From NCBI GenBank assembly GCA_038212275.1, contig JBBQUR010000014.1, positions 32,001 through 96,000 on the forward strand: 64,000 bases of DNA. Reading direction: 5' to 3'. Positions 17,819-27,263 of this stretch are shown one piece after another (position 1 is the stretch's first letter; each line of letters starts with the position of its first letter). Origin of the DNA: Planctomycetota bacterium. Lineage in GTDB: Bacteria > Planctomycetota > B15-G4. A program made the translations under genes and the position numbers. The notes under the pieces are model-generated. The model was not told the origin of the DNA. It saw only the letters and a program-made list of their open reading frames with translations, and searched no databases.

Positions 17819-18804
17819 CAGCGCAGCCCCACGGAACCCCACGTCAGACCGGCGCCAAAGGCGCAGAGCACGACGAGCTTGTCCTTGTGCGGGTCGAGGA
17901 AGCCGTTGCGCCGCGCCTCATCGAGGGCCAGCGGAATGGACGCGGACGACGTGTTGCCGAAGCGCTCGATGTTCACGTAGATGGCATTCTCGGGCAGCTC
18001 GAGCCGCTCGCGCGCCGCTTCGATGATGCGCGCGTTCATCTGGTGCGGGATGACGGCGCCCAGCGTCAGCTCGGGATTGTTCGCCGCCTCGCGCCGCACG
18101 AGCTCGACCATCTTGTTGGTGGCGAACTTGTAGACCTCGCGGCCCCGGATCACGAGCTTGTGCGCGTCCTGCTCGATGAGCTCGGCGGTGATGGGCAATC
18201 GCGCGCCGCCGGCCGTCTGGTACATGACGTCGTAGCCGTTGCCGTCGGCCTCGATGGAGCAGCTGCGCACCTCGCCCCACTGGAAGTGCTCGCTGCTGTA
18301 CACGACCGCCCCGGCGCCGTCACCGAAGAGGATGCACGACGAGCGGTCGTTGTAGTTCGTGATGCGCGACAGACACTCGGCTCCGATGACCAGCACGTTG
18401 CGATACGTTCCGGTCCACAGAAATTGCGCCGCGATGTTCGTCGCGTAGACGAAACCGGTGCAGCCGGCCGCGATGTCGAAGGCGGCCGCGCGCACGCAGC
18501 CCAGCGCGGCCTGGATGCGGCACGATGTCGCCGGCACGTGCATGTCGGGCGTGACCGTCGCAAGGATGATGAGGTCGATGCGGTCGGGGGTGAGGCCTGC
18601 GGACTGCAGCGCGAGACGCCCTGCCTCGATGCAGAGGTCTGACGTGCTCTGACCCTCGGCCGCGATGCGGCGCTCCTTGATGCCGGTGCGCTGCGTGATC
18701 CATTCGTCGGACGTGTCCACCATCACGGACAGATCCGCGTTGGAGAGCACCTTGTCCGGCACGCACGAACCCGTTCCGGCGATTCCGAAGGCTACGCGCG
18801 TCAT
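17815..18804 (-). CDS. fabH: 3-oxoacyl-ACP synthase III
   Basis: DTSDEWI..RTGIKERR, AGCTGF, LFGDGAGA, PHQMN, GNTSSAS, FGAGLTWG. Confidence 0.95.
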   Translation of the reverse strand: MTRVAFGIAGTGSCVPDKVLSNADLSVMVDTSDEWITQRTGIKERRIAAEGQSTSDLCIEAGRLALQSAGLTPDRIDLIILATVTPDMHVPATSCRIQAALGCVRAAAFDIAAGCTGFVYATNIAAQFLWTGTYRNVLVIGAECLSRITNYNDRSSCILFGDGAGAVVYSSEHFQWGEVRSCSIEADGNGYDVMYQTAGGARLPITAELIEQDAHKLVIRGREVYKFATNKMVELVRREAANNPELTLGAVIPHQMNARIIEAARERLELPENAIYVNIERFGNTSSASIPLALDEARRNGFLDPHKDKLVVLCAFGAGLTWGSVGLRW

Positions 18805-19799
18805 GTCGGGCTCTCGCGCGAGGCGGCCGCGATGCGCTCGACGATGCGGTTGTTGACGTTGTGCTCGACCGCCGCGCGCGCGGCCCTGATCATGTTCATG
18901 ACGGCCGGCGCGTTCGAACGCCCGTGGCCGATGAGCACCGGCGCCGCCACGCCCAGCAACGGCGCACCGCCGTACTCGGCATAATCGAGGCGCTCGAAGG
19001 CTGCGCGCACGGCCTGGCCGACTTCGGGCCGCGGCGGATGCAACTTGAAGGCCGCGCCCACCTGGTCATGCACGAAGGAGGCGACGCCCTCGGCGACCTT
19101 CAGGATCACGTTGCCGACGAAGCCCTCGCACACCACGACGTCGCAGGCGCCGGCGAGGATGTCCTGTCCCTCGACGAAACCCTTGTAGTTGAGCTGAGCG
19201 GACTGGAGCAGCGCGTGCACCTGCTGGATGAGCGGGTTGCCCTTGCCTTCCTCCTCGCCGATGTTCAGCAGGCCGATGAGCGGCTCATCCTTGCCGAAGG
19301 CCGCACGGGCGTACTCGCCCGCCATGATCGCGTACTGCAGCATGTGCTCGGGCTTGCAGTAGATGTTCGCGCCCACGTCGATGACGACGCTGGGACCGCG
19401 ACGCGTCGGCATCGGCGCCGCGATGCCGGGCCGCGCGACGCCCGGCAATCGGCCAAGCACCAGCGAACTGGCCGCCACGCACGCGCCGGTGTTGCCGGCG
19501 GACACGAAAGCGTCGGCCCGCTTCTCCAGCACGGCGCGCATGGCGACGACGATCGAGCTGTTCTTCTTGGTCCGGATCGCCGCCGCCGGACTCTCGTCCA
19601 TGCCGATGACCTCGACGGCGTCGACGAGCTCTGCGCCCGTGAGCGACGCGGCCTCCAGGAGCGGCTGCAGGTCCGCCGCGCGGCCGACAAACAGCAGTTC
19701 AGCGGGAGTGACGAGGCCACGCGAGATGGCCAGCGCGGCGCCCTCGATCACGCAGCGAGGGGCATCATCACCACCCATCGCATCGACGGCGATTCTCAC
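18801..19799 (-). CDS. plsX: phosphate acyltransferase
   Basis: IAVDAMGGD, SAGNTGA, DVGAN, NIGEEEGKG, GFVGNVILK. Confidence 0.96.
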   Translation of the reverse strand: MRIAVDAMGGDDAPRCVIEGAALAISRGLVTPAELLFVGRAADLQPLLEAASLTGAELVDAVEVIGMDESPAAAIRTKKNSSIVVAMRAVLEKRADAFVSAGNTGACVAASSLVLGRLPGVARPGIAAPMPTRRGPSVVIDVGANIYCKPEHMLQYAIMAGEYARAAFGKDEPLIGLLNIGEEEGKGNPLIQQVHALLQSAQLNYKGFVEGQDILAGACDVVVCEGFVGNVILKVAEGVASFVHDQVGAAFKLHPPRPEVGQAVRAAFERLDYAEYGGAPLLGVAAPVLIGHGRSNAPAVMNMIRAARAAVEHNVNNRIVERIAAASRESPT

Positions 19800-19809
19800 G
19801 GGGCGCCGC

Positions 19810-19989
19810 TCAGGCTTCGAGGTTCAAGACGTCGCGACCGCGGTAGTAGCCGCAGTTGTTGCAGACCGCGTGCGGCACCTTCTCGGCGCCGCAACGGGCA
19901 CAGAGCGAGGTGGCGGGGAGGTCGAGGGCCAGGTGCGCCCGGCGCTTGCGCTTGCGGGCCTTGCTGGTCTTTCGCTTCGGGACTGCCAT
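19810..19989 (-). CDS. rpmF: 50S ribosomal protein L32 (not in the ORF track)
   Basis: Hand translation MAVPKRKTSKARKRKRRAHLALDLPATSLCARCGAEKVPHAVCNNCGYYRGRDVLNLEA; Zn-ribbon CxxC pairs; canonical position before plsX. Confidence 0.96.
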   Translation of the reverse strand: MAVPKRKTSKARKRKRRAHLALDLPATSLCARCGAEKVPHAVCNNCGYYRGRDVLNLEA

Positions 19990-20172
19990 GAACGTGTCCT
20001 GCCTATTCGAGCCTTGCTTGAACTCACCGTCGAACCGGCGCCCTGGCCCGCGGCGCCCCGGCCGTCGATCAGCCCCCTCCTGGAGGGCCTCTCGCGCCGG
20101 GTCGTCGGGGTTCGTCGCCCGCCAACCGGAATCGTCCCACTCTACCGGCGGCGGCGGGCCGGGAAAAGTCCC

Positions 20173-22917
20173 TTAGTGCCGGGCGGCCGCCGAGGATTCC
20201 AGGGCGGCATTCAGCACGGCGACCAGATCCGTCACCACCCCACCCTTGCCCTGCGCGAAGGCCGCGTTGCCGCCGCCCTTGCCGCCGAGCGCCTCTCCCA
20301 GCGTCGCCATGAGTGCATTCGCGGGCAGGCCTGCCTTCTGGGCCGCCGCGCTGCACGAGACCAGCACGGACGTTCCCGAAGCTTCCGGGACACCGAGCAG
20401 CACCACGTCGGTGCCTCGCTTCACGTACTCGCCCGACAACTCGCGCAGCTTCTTGACAGGCAGACCGTCGACAGCAGCCACCAGCACCTGCAGGCCATTC
20501 CACGTGCGGACGGAGCCGGACAGCCGGTCGGCGGCGGTGCGATCACGCAGCTCGTCCAGGTCGCGCCGGGTGGCCTTCAGTTCCTCCTGCAGCGCAGCGA
20601 TGCGCTCCGCAAGCAGCTCGGGCGAGGTCTTGAACATCGCCGCAGCGCCGCGCAGCGTCGACTCCTCCTGCCGCGCCAGCGCCAGCGCCCCGAGACCGGT
20701 GCGCGCCTCGATGCGCCGGATGCCCGCCGCCACCGAGGCTTCGGACTGGATGCGCAGCATGCCGATGTCCGCGGAGCGCGTGACGTGCGTGCCGCCGCAC
20801 AGCTCCACGCTGTCCCGGCCGTGCGCGCTGTCGGGCACGCGCACGACGCGCACGACTTCGCCGTATTTCTCGCCAAAGAGGGCCATGGCCCCCAGCGCGC
20901 GAGCCTCGTCGCGTGGCATCTCTGCGCTCACCACCGACGTGTTGCCCAGGATCCACTCGTTGGTGAGGGTCTCCACGGCCAGCACTTCTTTCTCCGTGAG
21001 GGCGCGCGGAAAGCGGAAGTCGAAACGCAGCCGCTCCGAAGACACCAGCGAGCCGGCCTGCGTGACCTCGGGTCCCAGCACGCTGCGCAGCGCGGCGTGC
21101 AACAGGTGCGTGCCGGTGTGGTTGCGTGCGGTGGCGGCTCGCAGCGCGCCGTCGACACTCGCCCGGGCGGAGCCGGGAGCCGCGACACCCTGCACCACGA
21201 CGCCGCGGTGCAGCGTGATGCCGCGCAGCGCTACGGTGTCGTCCACCTCGACGCGCCAGCCGGCGCCCTCGATCGTGCCCGCGTCGCCCACCTGCCCGCC
21301 GCCCTCGGCGTAGAACGGCGTGCGGTCCAGCACGAGGATCACGCGACGCAGACCATCGACGCCCTCCGCGTCTCCGTGGAATGCGGCGGCCATTGCGACC
21401 GACGTCGCATCGGTCTCGGCCGAGCTCCCGGCTGCGGGCGCGGCGCCGCCGACCGGCATGTCGTCCACCACGGCGAGCACGCGCACTTCGGGCAACTCGA
21501 GCGCGTCGCGCTCGAATCGCGTGGCGGGCAAGGAGCCGCTGACGCCTGCCAGCGGCCCCTCGTCGAAGATCCGGTCGGAGATGCGGCTGCCCTCGCGCGA
21601 TCGGCGGCGCTGCTCGGTCATGGCAGCGCGGAAGCCCTCCTCGTCGAGACCGAGCCCCTGCTCCTCGAGCAGCATGCGCTGCAGGTCGAGTGGCAGCCCG
21701 AAGGTGTCGTAGAGCAGGAACGAGGCGGGTCCGGACAGCGTGCCGCTGCCCTGTTTGCGCGTCTCGTCCGCCATGACCGCGAGGCGCTGGCTTCCGCTCA
21801 GGAACGCGCCGGCAAACTTCTCCTCCTCTGCGGCGATCGTCTGCTCGATGACCGAGCGCGCCTCGTGAAGCGCGGGCCAGGCTCCTCCAAGCGCCTCCAC
21901 CACGCTGCCGGACAGCGTCGCGAGCCAGCTGGTGCGCAGGTCGCCGCCGAGCACGTGGCGGTCCAGCATCGCGCGGCGCAGCACCTTGCGCACGACATAA
22001 CCCTGCTTCTCGTTGGAGGGCCGCACGCCATCCGCGATGCAGAAGGTCGCCGCGCGCACATGGTCCGCGATGCGCCGCGTGCGGGTTCCGTCAGGCGTAC
22101 CGAACTCCGTGCGCCTCCCGACATGGGCGTGGATCGCGTCCATGAGCGGCGCGAACAGCGTCGTCTCGAAGTTGCTTGCGAGCATGCGCCCGGCCTGCAG
22201 CGACTCCACGACGCGCACGACCCGCTCGAATCCCATGCCCGTGTCGATGTTCGCGTTCGGCAGCGGCACCAGCTTTCCGCCATCCTGTCGCTCGAACTGC
22301 GTGAAGACGAGGTTCCAGATCTCGACAAAGCGCTTGCCGTCCGTGGAGGGCCCTCCCGTCGGAAAGCCTCCGCGTTCGGGATGGCAATCGAAGTAGATCT
22401 CGGAGCACGGGCCGCAGATGCCGTTGGGCCCCTTGCTCGGCGCCGACGCAGGCCAGAAGTTGTCATCCTCGCCGCAGCGGAAGATGTGGTCCCTGGGCAG
22501 GCCGACCTTCTCGTGCCAGAGGCGGGCGGCCTCGTCATCGTCCTGAAACACCGTGACGGACAGGCGCGCCGGGGGCAGGCCCAGCGCCATGAGCAGTTCC
22601 CACGCCCACACGATGGCTTCTTCCTTGAAGTAGTCACCGAAGGAGAAGTTGCCGAGCATCTCGAAGAAGGTGTGGTGCGACGCGGTGCGCCCCACGTTCT
22701 CGAGGTCCGGCATGCGCAGGCACTTCTGCGAAGTCGTCGCGCGCGTGAACGGCAGGTTGCCCTTGCCGAGGAACATCGCCTTGAACTGGTTCATCCCCGC
22801 GCCGGTGAAGAGCAGCGTCGGGTCGTTCTCGGGCACGAGGCTGTCGCTCGGATAGCGAGTGTGACCGCGCGTCTCGAAGTGCGTGAGGAAAGCCGCTCGG
22901 AGCTGATCGGGAGTCAT
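20173..22917 (-). CDS. alaS: alanine--tRNA ligase
   Basis: DPTLLFTGAGMNQFK, HHTFFEMLGNFSFGDYFK, EIWNLVF, IDTGMG.ER, editing HTGTHLLH and ELCGGTH, GGKGGG. Confidence 0.97.
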   Translation of the reverse strand: MTPDQLRAAFLTHFETRGHTRYPSDSLVPENDPTLLFTGAGMNQFKAMFLGKGNLPFTRATTSQKCLRMPDLENVGRTASHHTFFEMLGNFSFGDYFKEEAIVWAWELLMALGLPPARLSVTVFQDDDEAARLWHEKVGLPRDHIFRCGEDDNFWPASAPSKGPNGICGPCSEIYFDCHPERGGFPTGGPSTDGKRFVEIWNLVFTQFERQDGGKLVPLPNANIDTGMGFERVVRVVESLQAGRMLASNFETTLFAPLMDAIHAHVGRRTEFGTPDGTRTRRIADHVRAATFCIADGVRPSNEKQGYVVRKVLRRAMLDRHVLGGDLRTSWLATLSGSVVEALGGAWPALHEARSVIEQTIAAEEEKFAGAFLSGSQRLAVMADETRKQGSGTLSGPASFLLYDTFGLPLDLQRMLLEEQGLGLDEEGFRAAMTEQRRRSREGSRISDRIFDEGPLAGVSGSLPATRFERDALELPEVRVLAVVDDMPVGGAAPAAGSSAETDATSVAMAAAFHGDAEGVDGLRRVILVLDRTPFYAEGGGQVGDAGTIEGAGWRVEVDDTVALRGITLHRGVVVQGVAAPGSARASVDGALRAATARNHTGTHLLHAALRSVLGPEVTQAGSLVSSERLRFDFRFPRALTEKEVLAVETLTNEWILGNTSVVSAEMPRDEARALGAMALFGEKYGEVVRVVRVPDSAHGRDSVELCGGTHVTRSADIGMLRIQSEASVAAGIRRIEARTGLGALALARQEESTLRGAAAMFKTSPELLAERIAALQEELKATRRDLDELRDRTAADRLSGSVRTWNGLQVLVAAVDGLPVKKLRELSGEYVKRGTDVVLLGVPEASGTSVLVSCSAAAQKAGLPANALMATLGEALGGKGGGNAAFAQGKGGVVTDLVAVLNAALESSAAARH

Positions 22918-23086
22918 GTGCGCAGGATCGCCAACCGAGGCGAGTGTCGTCCACCCCCCAGCGGCCGATGACCTCCACCGGACGCGCCGGTGCATCCGCG
23001 AGAGCGCGCAAAGGCTTCGACGAATGCACCTGGGTGCAGCCGCCCGGCGCGCGACGGCGAACCGTCGCGCGCCGACGAGTGCCGGC

Positions 23087-24325
23087 TCAGCTCGAGGCCT
23101 TGCCGTTCCTGATCGAGGACACCGGAGCCTTGGAAGCGGTCATCGGGGGACGCATCCCGCTCGATGAGCCGGGCCCGGCGGCCTGCGCTGTCGGCGCTGT
23201 CGGCGCTGCGCCGGAAACGGCCGGCCCGCTGGCCGAAGCCGGCGGCGCGGGTGCCACCTTCGGCGCAGGCGGCGCGAAGGACGCGCGGACCTTGTTCTCG
23301 ATCTCGGACATGATGTCCTTGTTTTCGAGCAGGAAGTCCCGGGCCTTCTCGCGGCCCTGGCCGAGGCGCGTGCTGCCGAAAGACATCCAGGTGCCCGACT
23401 TCTCGATGATGTTCTTCTCCACCGCGAGGTCGATCACGTCACCCTCGCGCGAGATGCCCTGGTTGAAGAGCACGTCGAACTCCGCCTTGCGGAACGGGGG
23501 CGCCATCTTGTTCTTCACCACCGTGACACGGACACGGCTGCCGACCATCTCCTCGCCCACCTTCAGCGAACCGATGCGGCGGATGTCGAGCCGCACCGAC
23601 GAGTAGAACTTCAGCGCGCGGCCGCCCGTGGTCGTTTCGGGGCTGCCGAAGAACACGCCGATCTTCTCGCGGATCTGGTTGATGAAGATCACGCAGGTAC
23701 CGGTCTTCGAGATGGTGCCGGTGAGCTTGCGCATCGCCTGCGACATGAGCCGGGCCTGCAGGCCGACGTGCGTGTCGCCCATCTCGCCCTCGAGTTCCGC
23801 CTTGGGCACGAGCGCCGCCACGGAGTCGATCACGATGGCTGCAAAGGCATTGCTGCGCACGAGCATCTCGCAGATCTCGAGCGCCTGCTCGCCCGTGTCG
23901 GGCTGCGAGAGAATGAGGTTGTCCGTGTCGACGCCGAGCTTCCTCGCATACGTCGGATCGAGCGCGTGCTCGGCATCGATGAAGGCGCAGGCCCCGCCGG
24001 CGCGCTGCGCCGCGGCGAGCACGTGCAGCGTGAGCGTCGTCTTGCCGGAACTCTCCGGGCCGAAGATCTCCACGATGCGTCCCTTGGGCAGGCCGTAGCC
24101 ACCCAGCGCCATGTCGAGCGAGAGCGCGCAGGTGGAGATGCCCTCGATCGGCGTGTCGGGCCGATCTCCGAGGCGCATGATGGAACCCTTGCCGAACTGC
24201 TTCTCGATCTGCCCGAGCGTCAACTCGACCTCGGGAGACATCCCGCTCGGGCCCTGACCGGGTCGCGACGGGGGATTCGGGGCACCGGTCTTGCTGCCAG
24301 TCGGATTCATCGTGTCGATCTCCAT
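23087..24325 (-). CDS. recA: recombinase A with Pro/Ala-rich N- and C-terminal extensions (start uncertain)
   Basis: [57 protein letters not shown]. Confidence 0.97.
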   Translation of the reverse strand: MEIDTMNPTGSKTGAPNPPSRPGQGPSGMSPEVELTLGQIEKQFGKGSIMRLGDRPDTPIEGISTCALSLDMALGGYGLPKGRIVEIFGPESSGKTTLTLHVLAAAQRAGGACAFIDAEHALDPTYARKLGVDTDNLILSQPDTGEQALEICEMLVRSNAFAAIVIDSVAALVPKAELEGEMGDTHVGLQARLMSQAMRKLTGTISKTGTCVIFINQIREKIGVFFGSPETTTGGRALKFYSSVRLDIRRIGSLKVGEEMVGSRVRVTVVKNKMAPPFRKAEFDVLFNQGISREGDVIDLAVEKNIIEKSGTWMSFGSTRLGQGREKARDFLLENKDIMSEIENKVRASFAPPAPKVAPAPPASASGPAVSGAAPTAPTAQAAGPGSSSGMRPPMTASKAPVSSIRNGKASS

Positions 24326-24388
24326 GTGCTGAACTCCGGTTCGGGGGATGCCTTGCAACAGGCCTCCTGGACGCGTCCGAACCGCACC

Positions 24389-24403
24389 TAACACGTACTT
24401 AAC
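24389..24403 (-). promoter_or_regulatory. candidate direct-repeat operator (GTTA-N7-GTTA) upstream of recA
   Basis: Minus strand tGTTAagtacgtGTTAg in an AT-rich patch of a GC-rich intergenic region. Confidence 0.35.
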
Positions 24404-24586
24404 ATGCTGCAGGCCGGGATCGAACAAGGAAATCCGGGGACCATTCTCTCCCTGCCCGACGGCTTGCTCGACCCGGCGTTACGTCCCCCGCCCGTCTTCC
24501 ACAAGCGCGGAGGCCGCCCGACACGCGGGCGGCCTCCGTCGGTTCCATCGGACGGCCTCGCAGCCGCCGCCGGCTGCCGGGCCGGA

Positions 24587-25489
24587 TCAGAAGCGGATGG
24601 CGTGCAGGAAGGCGTCGTGGCGATCGTTGAGCTGCTCGCGGGTGACCCGACGGAACGGCTCCACGGAGAAGTCCTGCACGGCCACGGAGGCGCACACCGT
24701 GCCCCAGGTCAGGCCGCGGCGCACGGCCTCGAGCGAGCGCTTGCCGCTCGAGGCGAGGTAGCCCATGAGTCCGCCTGCAAAGGCGTCGCCGGCGCCGGTC
24801 GGATCGCGCACGTCCGACAACGGATACGCGGGGAGCGCGAAGGTGCCCTCCGACGAGAACAGCAACGCGCCGTGCTCGCCCTTCTTGATCACCGCGAACT
24901 CCGGGCCGCGCTTCATGATCTCCAGTCCGGCGCACACGAGGTTCTTCTCGCCGGTCAGCAGGCGCGCCTCGTGCTCATTGAGCACCAGACCGTTGACGAC
25001 CTCGAGCACCTTGTTCAGCAGCTTCGGCTCCTCGGAGATCCAGAAGTCGCGCGTGTCGGCGACGGAGAAGGGATCACCCTTCACGGCGGCCAGCACGTCG
25101 AGTTGCGTCTGCGGATGATCGTTCGCGAGGAACACGTAGGGGCTGTCGCGGAACGACTCGGGCACGGCGGCCTTGTAGTCGCCCAGCACGTTGAGCGACA
25201 CGCCGAGCGTCTGCGCCGCGTTCATGTCCCCCTCGTACTTGCCCGTCCAGTGGAAGGTCTTGCCATCCTTGCTCAGCGTCAGACCGCTGATGTCGATGCC
25301 GCGCGCACCGAACTCGTCCAGCACCGCGCGCGGAAAGTCGTTGCCGACGATGCCGACCAGGCGCTGCTTCGTGAAGTAGCTGGCCGCGAAGGCGAAGAAG
25401 GTGGCCGAGCCGCCCAGCACGCGCTCGGCGCGGCCAAAGGGAGTCTCGACGGTATCGAAAGCGACGGAACCGACGACGAGCAGGGTCAT
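24587..25489 (-). CDS. PfkB family carbohydrate kinase
   Basis: LVVGSVAFD, LGGSATF, LNEHEA, IKKGEHG, DPTGAGDAFAGG. Confidence 0.92.
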   Translation of the reverse strand: MTLLVVGSVAFDTVETPFGRAERVLGGSATFFAFAASYFTKQRLVGIVGNDFPRAVLDEFGARGIDISGLTLSKDGKTFHWTGKYEGDMNAAQTLGVSLNVLGDYKAAVPESFRDSPYVFLANDHPQTQLDVLAAVKGDPFSVADTRDFWISEEPKLLNKVLEVVNGLVLNEHEARLLTGEKNLVCAGLEIMKRGPEFAVIKKGEHGALLFSSEGTFALPAYPLSDVRDPTGAGDAFAGGLMGYLASSGKRSLEAVRRGLTWGTVCASVAVQDFSVEPFRRVTREQLNDRHDAFLHAIRF

Positions 25490-25599
25490 GAGCACATCCG
25501 TGATGGAAGAATGGGAAGCGGAAAAGAGGCGAGCCCGGAATCGCGCGTGCCGGCACGCTGTCGCAGCGGACCGCCGGCGCGATCGCCGGACATGGACGT

Positions 25600-26703
25600 T
25601 CAGGCGGTGGAGCCGTCCGCCGAGTCGGCGGGTGGCTTGGGATGTTTCTTGCGATCGAGCACGAGGAAGATGCCGCCGAGCAGCGACGAGATCATCGCCG
25701 TGAGACGATACGTGAGCGACAACGCGACGGCATCGCCGCCCGCCACGCCGACGAGGCCGAAGAAATGCTTGAAGGCCGCTTCGCCGACGCCCATGCCCGC
25801 CGGCGCGATCGGCAGCGACGAGATGATCATGATGATCGGCACGGTCGAGCAGTAGACGTCGATGCCGAGCGCGCCGAGAGCGTCGAGCTCGCCCTGGCGC
25901 GCCGCGGTGTCCTCGACCGAGAGCCCCGGCGCGGGCGTGTTGCCGTGCGCGATCGCGCCGCCGAAGAGCCAGATGCCCACGATGAGCAACAGGTGCACGG
26001 CGAAGGACATGAGCAGGGCGATTGCGATCGTGCCCATGCGGTCGCGATAGATCGAGATCGCACGGTCGAGCTTGACCAGCATGCCCGGGCTGTCGCCGTC
26101 GGCGGGCTTTCCCTCGCGACCGAAGCGAGCCAGCAGCGATTTCAGGAAGGCCTTCACGCGCCGCGAGAGCACCAGCGCCGTGCCGATGGCCGTGGCGCCG
26201 AGGAATCCGTAGATGCCCAGCGCCGCCTGCCCGAAGCGGGCGAAGTCGAAGGGAATGACCACCGCGGCGATGAGCGCAAGCGCGACGATGCCGATGATGC
26301 GGTCCACGATCACGGAGATGACCGCGTCGGCGCGCTGGTTGGGATGCTCGCGCGTGACGTAGATGGCCTTCACCAGGTCGCCGCCCGTCAGGCCCGGCAC
26401 GATGTTGTTGAAGAAGACGCCGATCCAGCCGAGGCGGAAGACGCTCCACATCGTCGTGTCGAGGCCCACCGAGCGCATGAGCACGTACCAGCGCAGGATG
26501 GAGATGCAGGTCCCGATGAAAATGGCGAGGAAGCCCAGCACCCACGTGCCCATGTGGATGTTCTGCAGGCTCTCGCTCACCGTGTCGAAGCCGACGGAAT
26601 GCAGCACCCACCACATGAGCCCGCCGGCGAAAGCCAGCTTGGCGATGTTCAGCAGGATGCCGCGCGTGCGGTGCGGCGCGGGGGGACTCTGCGTGTCGCT
26701 CAC
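25600..26703 (-). CDS. lysylphosphatidylglycerol-synthase TM / UPF0104 flippase-like membrane protein
   Basis: LRWYVL, FFNNIVPGLTGGDLVK, SVIVDRIIG, LPIAPAGMGVGE; multiple TM segments. Confidence 0.85.
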   Translation of the reverse strand: MSDTQSPPAPHRTRGILLNIAKLAFAGGLMWWVLHSVGFDTVSESLQNIHMGTWVLGFLAIFIGTCISILRWYVLMRSVGLDTTMWSVFRLGWIGVFFNNIVPGLTGGDLVKAIYVTREHPNQRADAVISVIVDRIIGIVALALIAAVVIPFDFARFGQAALGIYGFLGATAIGTALVLSRRVKAFLKSLLARFGREGKPADGDSPGMLVKLDRAISIYRDRMGTIAIALLMSFAVHLLLIVGIWLFGGAIAHGNTPAPGLSVEDTAARQGELDALGALGIDVYCSTVPIIMIISSLPIAPAGMGVGEAAFKHFFGLVGVAGGDAVALSLTYRLTAMISSLLGGIFLVLDRKKHPKPPADSADGSTA

Positions 26704-27263
26704 GGAACGGGCCGCACCTTTCCGGCCGCGTGCGCCGCCGACTGCAGTTCCTCGGCGTAGAGCCGCGCCACCGCCGCGAGGAACTCGCGCGGCCGGATGC
26801 GCAGGTCGCGCAGCCCGGCCGTCGCCACGGGGGTGCCCTCGATGTCCACGTTGACCGCGAAGTGCAGCAGCGACCCGCGGGGCGAACGCGTGACCACCGA
26901 CACCGACAGCTTGCCGGTGCCGACGTACAGGTCGTTCCCGCGCACGTCCACGACCACGCCGCTGCGCGACGCGATCCACTGCGCCGCGAGACGCACGAGC
27001 ACACGCTGGCGCCAGACGGCTTCCGGCAGGTCCAGCCCCGGATGCTCAAGGATGACGTGCGCCATCTCGGGGCTGTAGATGACCGCACCGGCCTCGGCAT
27101 CTTCGAGATCCACCAGGTGCTCGCGCGGCACGTCGGCCTCGCCGCGGAACAGCACCATGACGTCGTCGCGGCCCGCGACGTCCGGCGCGTGAGCCGTCAC
27201 GAACGCGGTGCAGAGCTGCAGGCCGTCGTAGCGCAGCGGCTGATCAAGCTGGACGATCTTCAT
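26700..27263 (-). CDS. DUF366 family protein (BPL/LplA-like fold)
   Basis: YDGLQL, FRGEADV..LVDLED, MAHVILEH, RGNDLYV..GKLSVSV, HFAVNV..GTP..GL.DL; ATG overlaps upstream stop. Confidence 0.75.
   Translation of the reverse strand: MKIVQLDQPLRYDGLQLCTAFVTAHAPDVAGRDDVMVLFRGEADVPREHLVDLEDAEAGAVIYSPEMAHVILEHPGLDLPEAVWRQRVLVRLAAQWIASRSGVVVDVRGNDLYVGTGKLSVSVVTRSPRGSLLHFAVNVDIEGTPVATAGLRDLRIRPREFLAAVARLYAEELQSAAHAAGKVRPVP

Noticed and set aside
24587..27100. Apparent long fusion ORFs in the track (e.g. 24587-27100, 32519-35053, 59198-61108, 46659-48923)
   Set aside because: The N-terminal parts are spurious open-frame extensions over neighbouring genes; real starts were reassigned from motifs and stop/start overlaps
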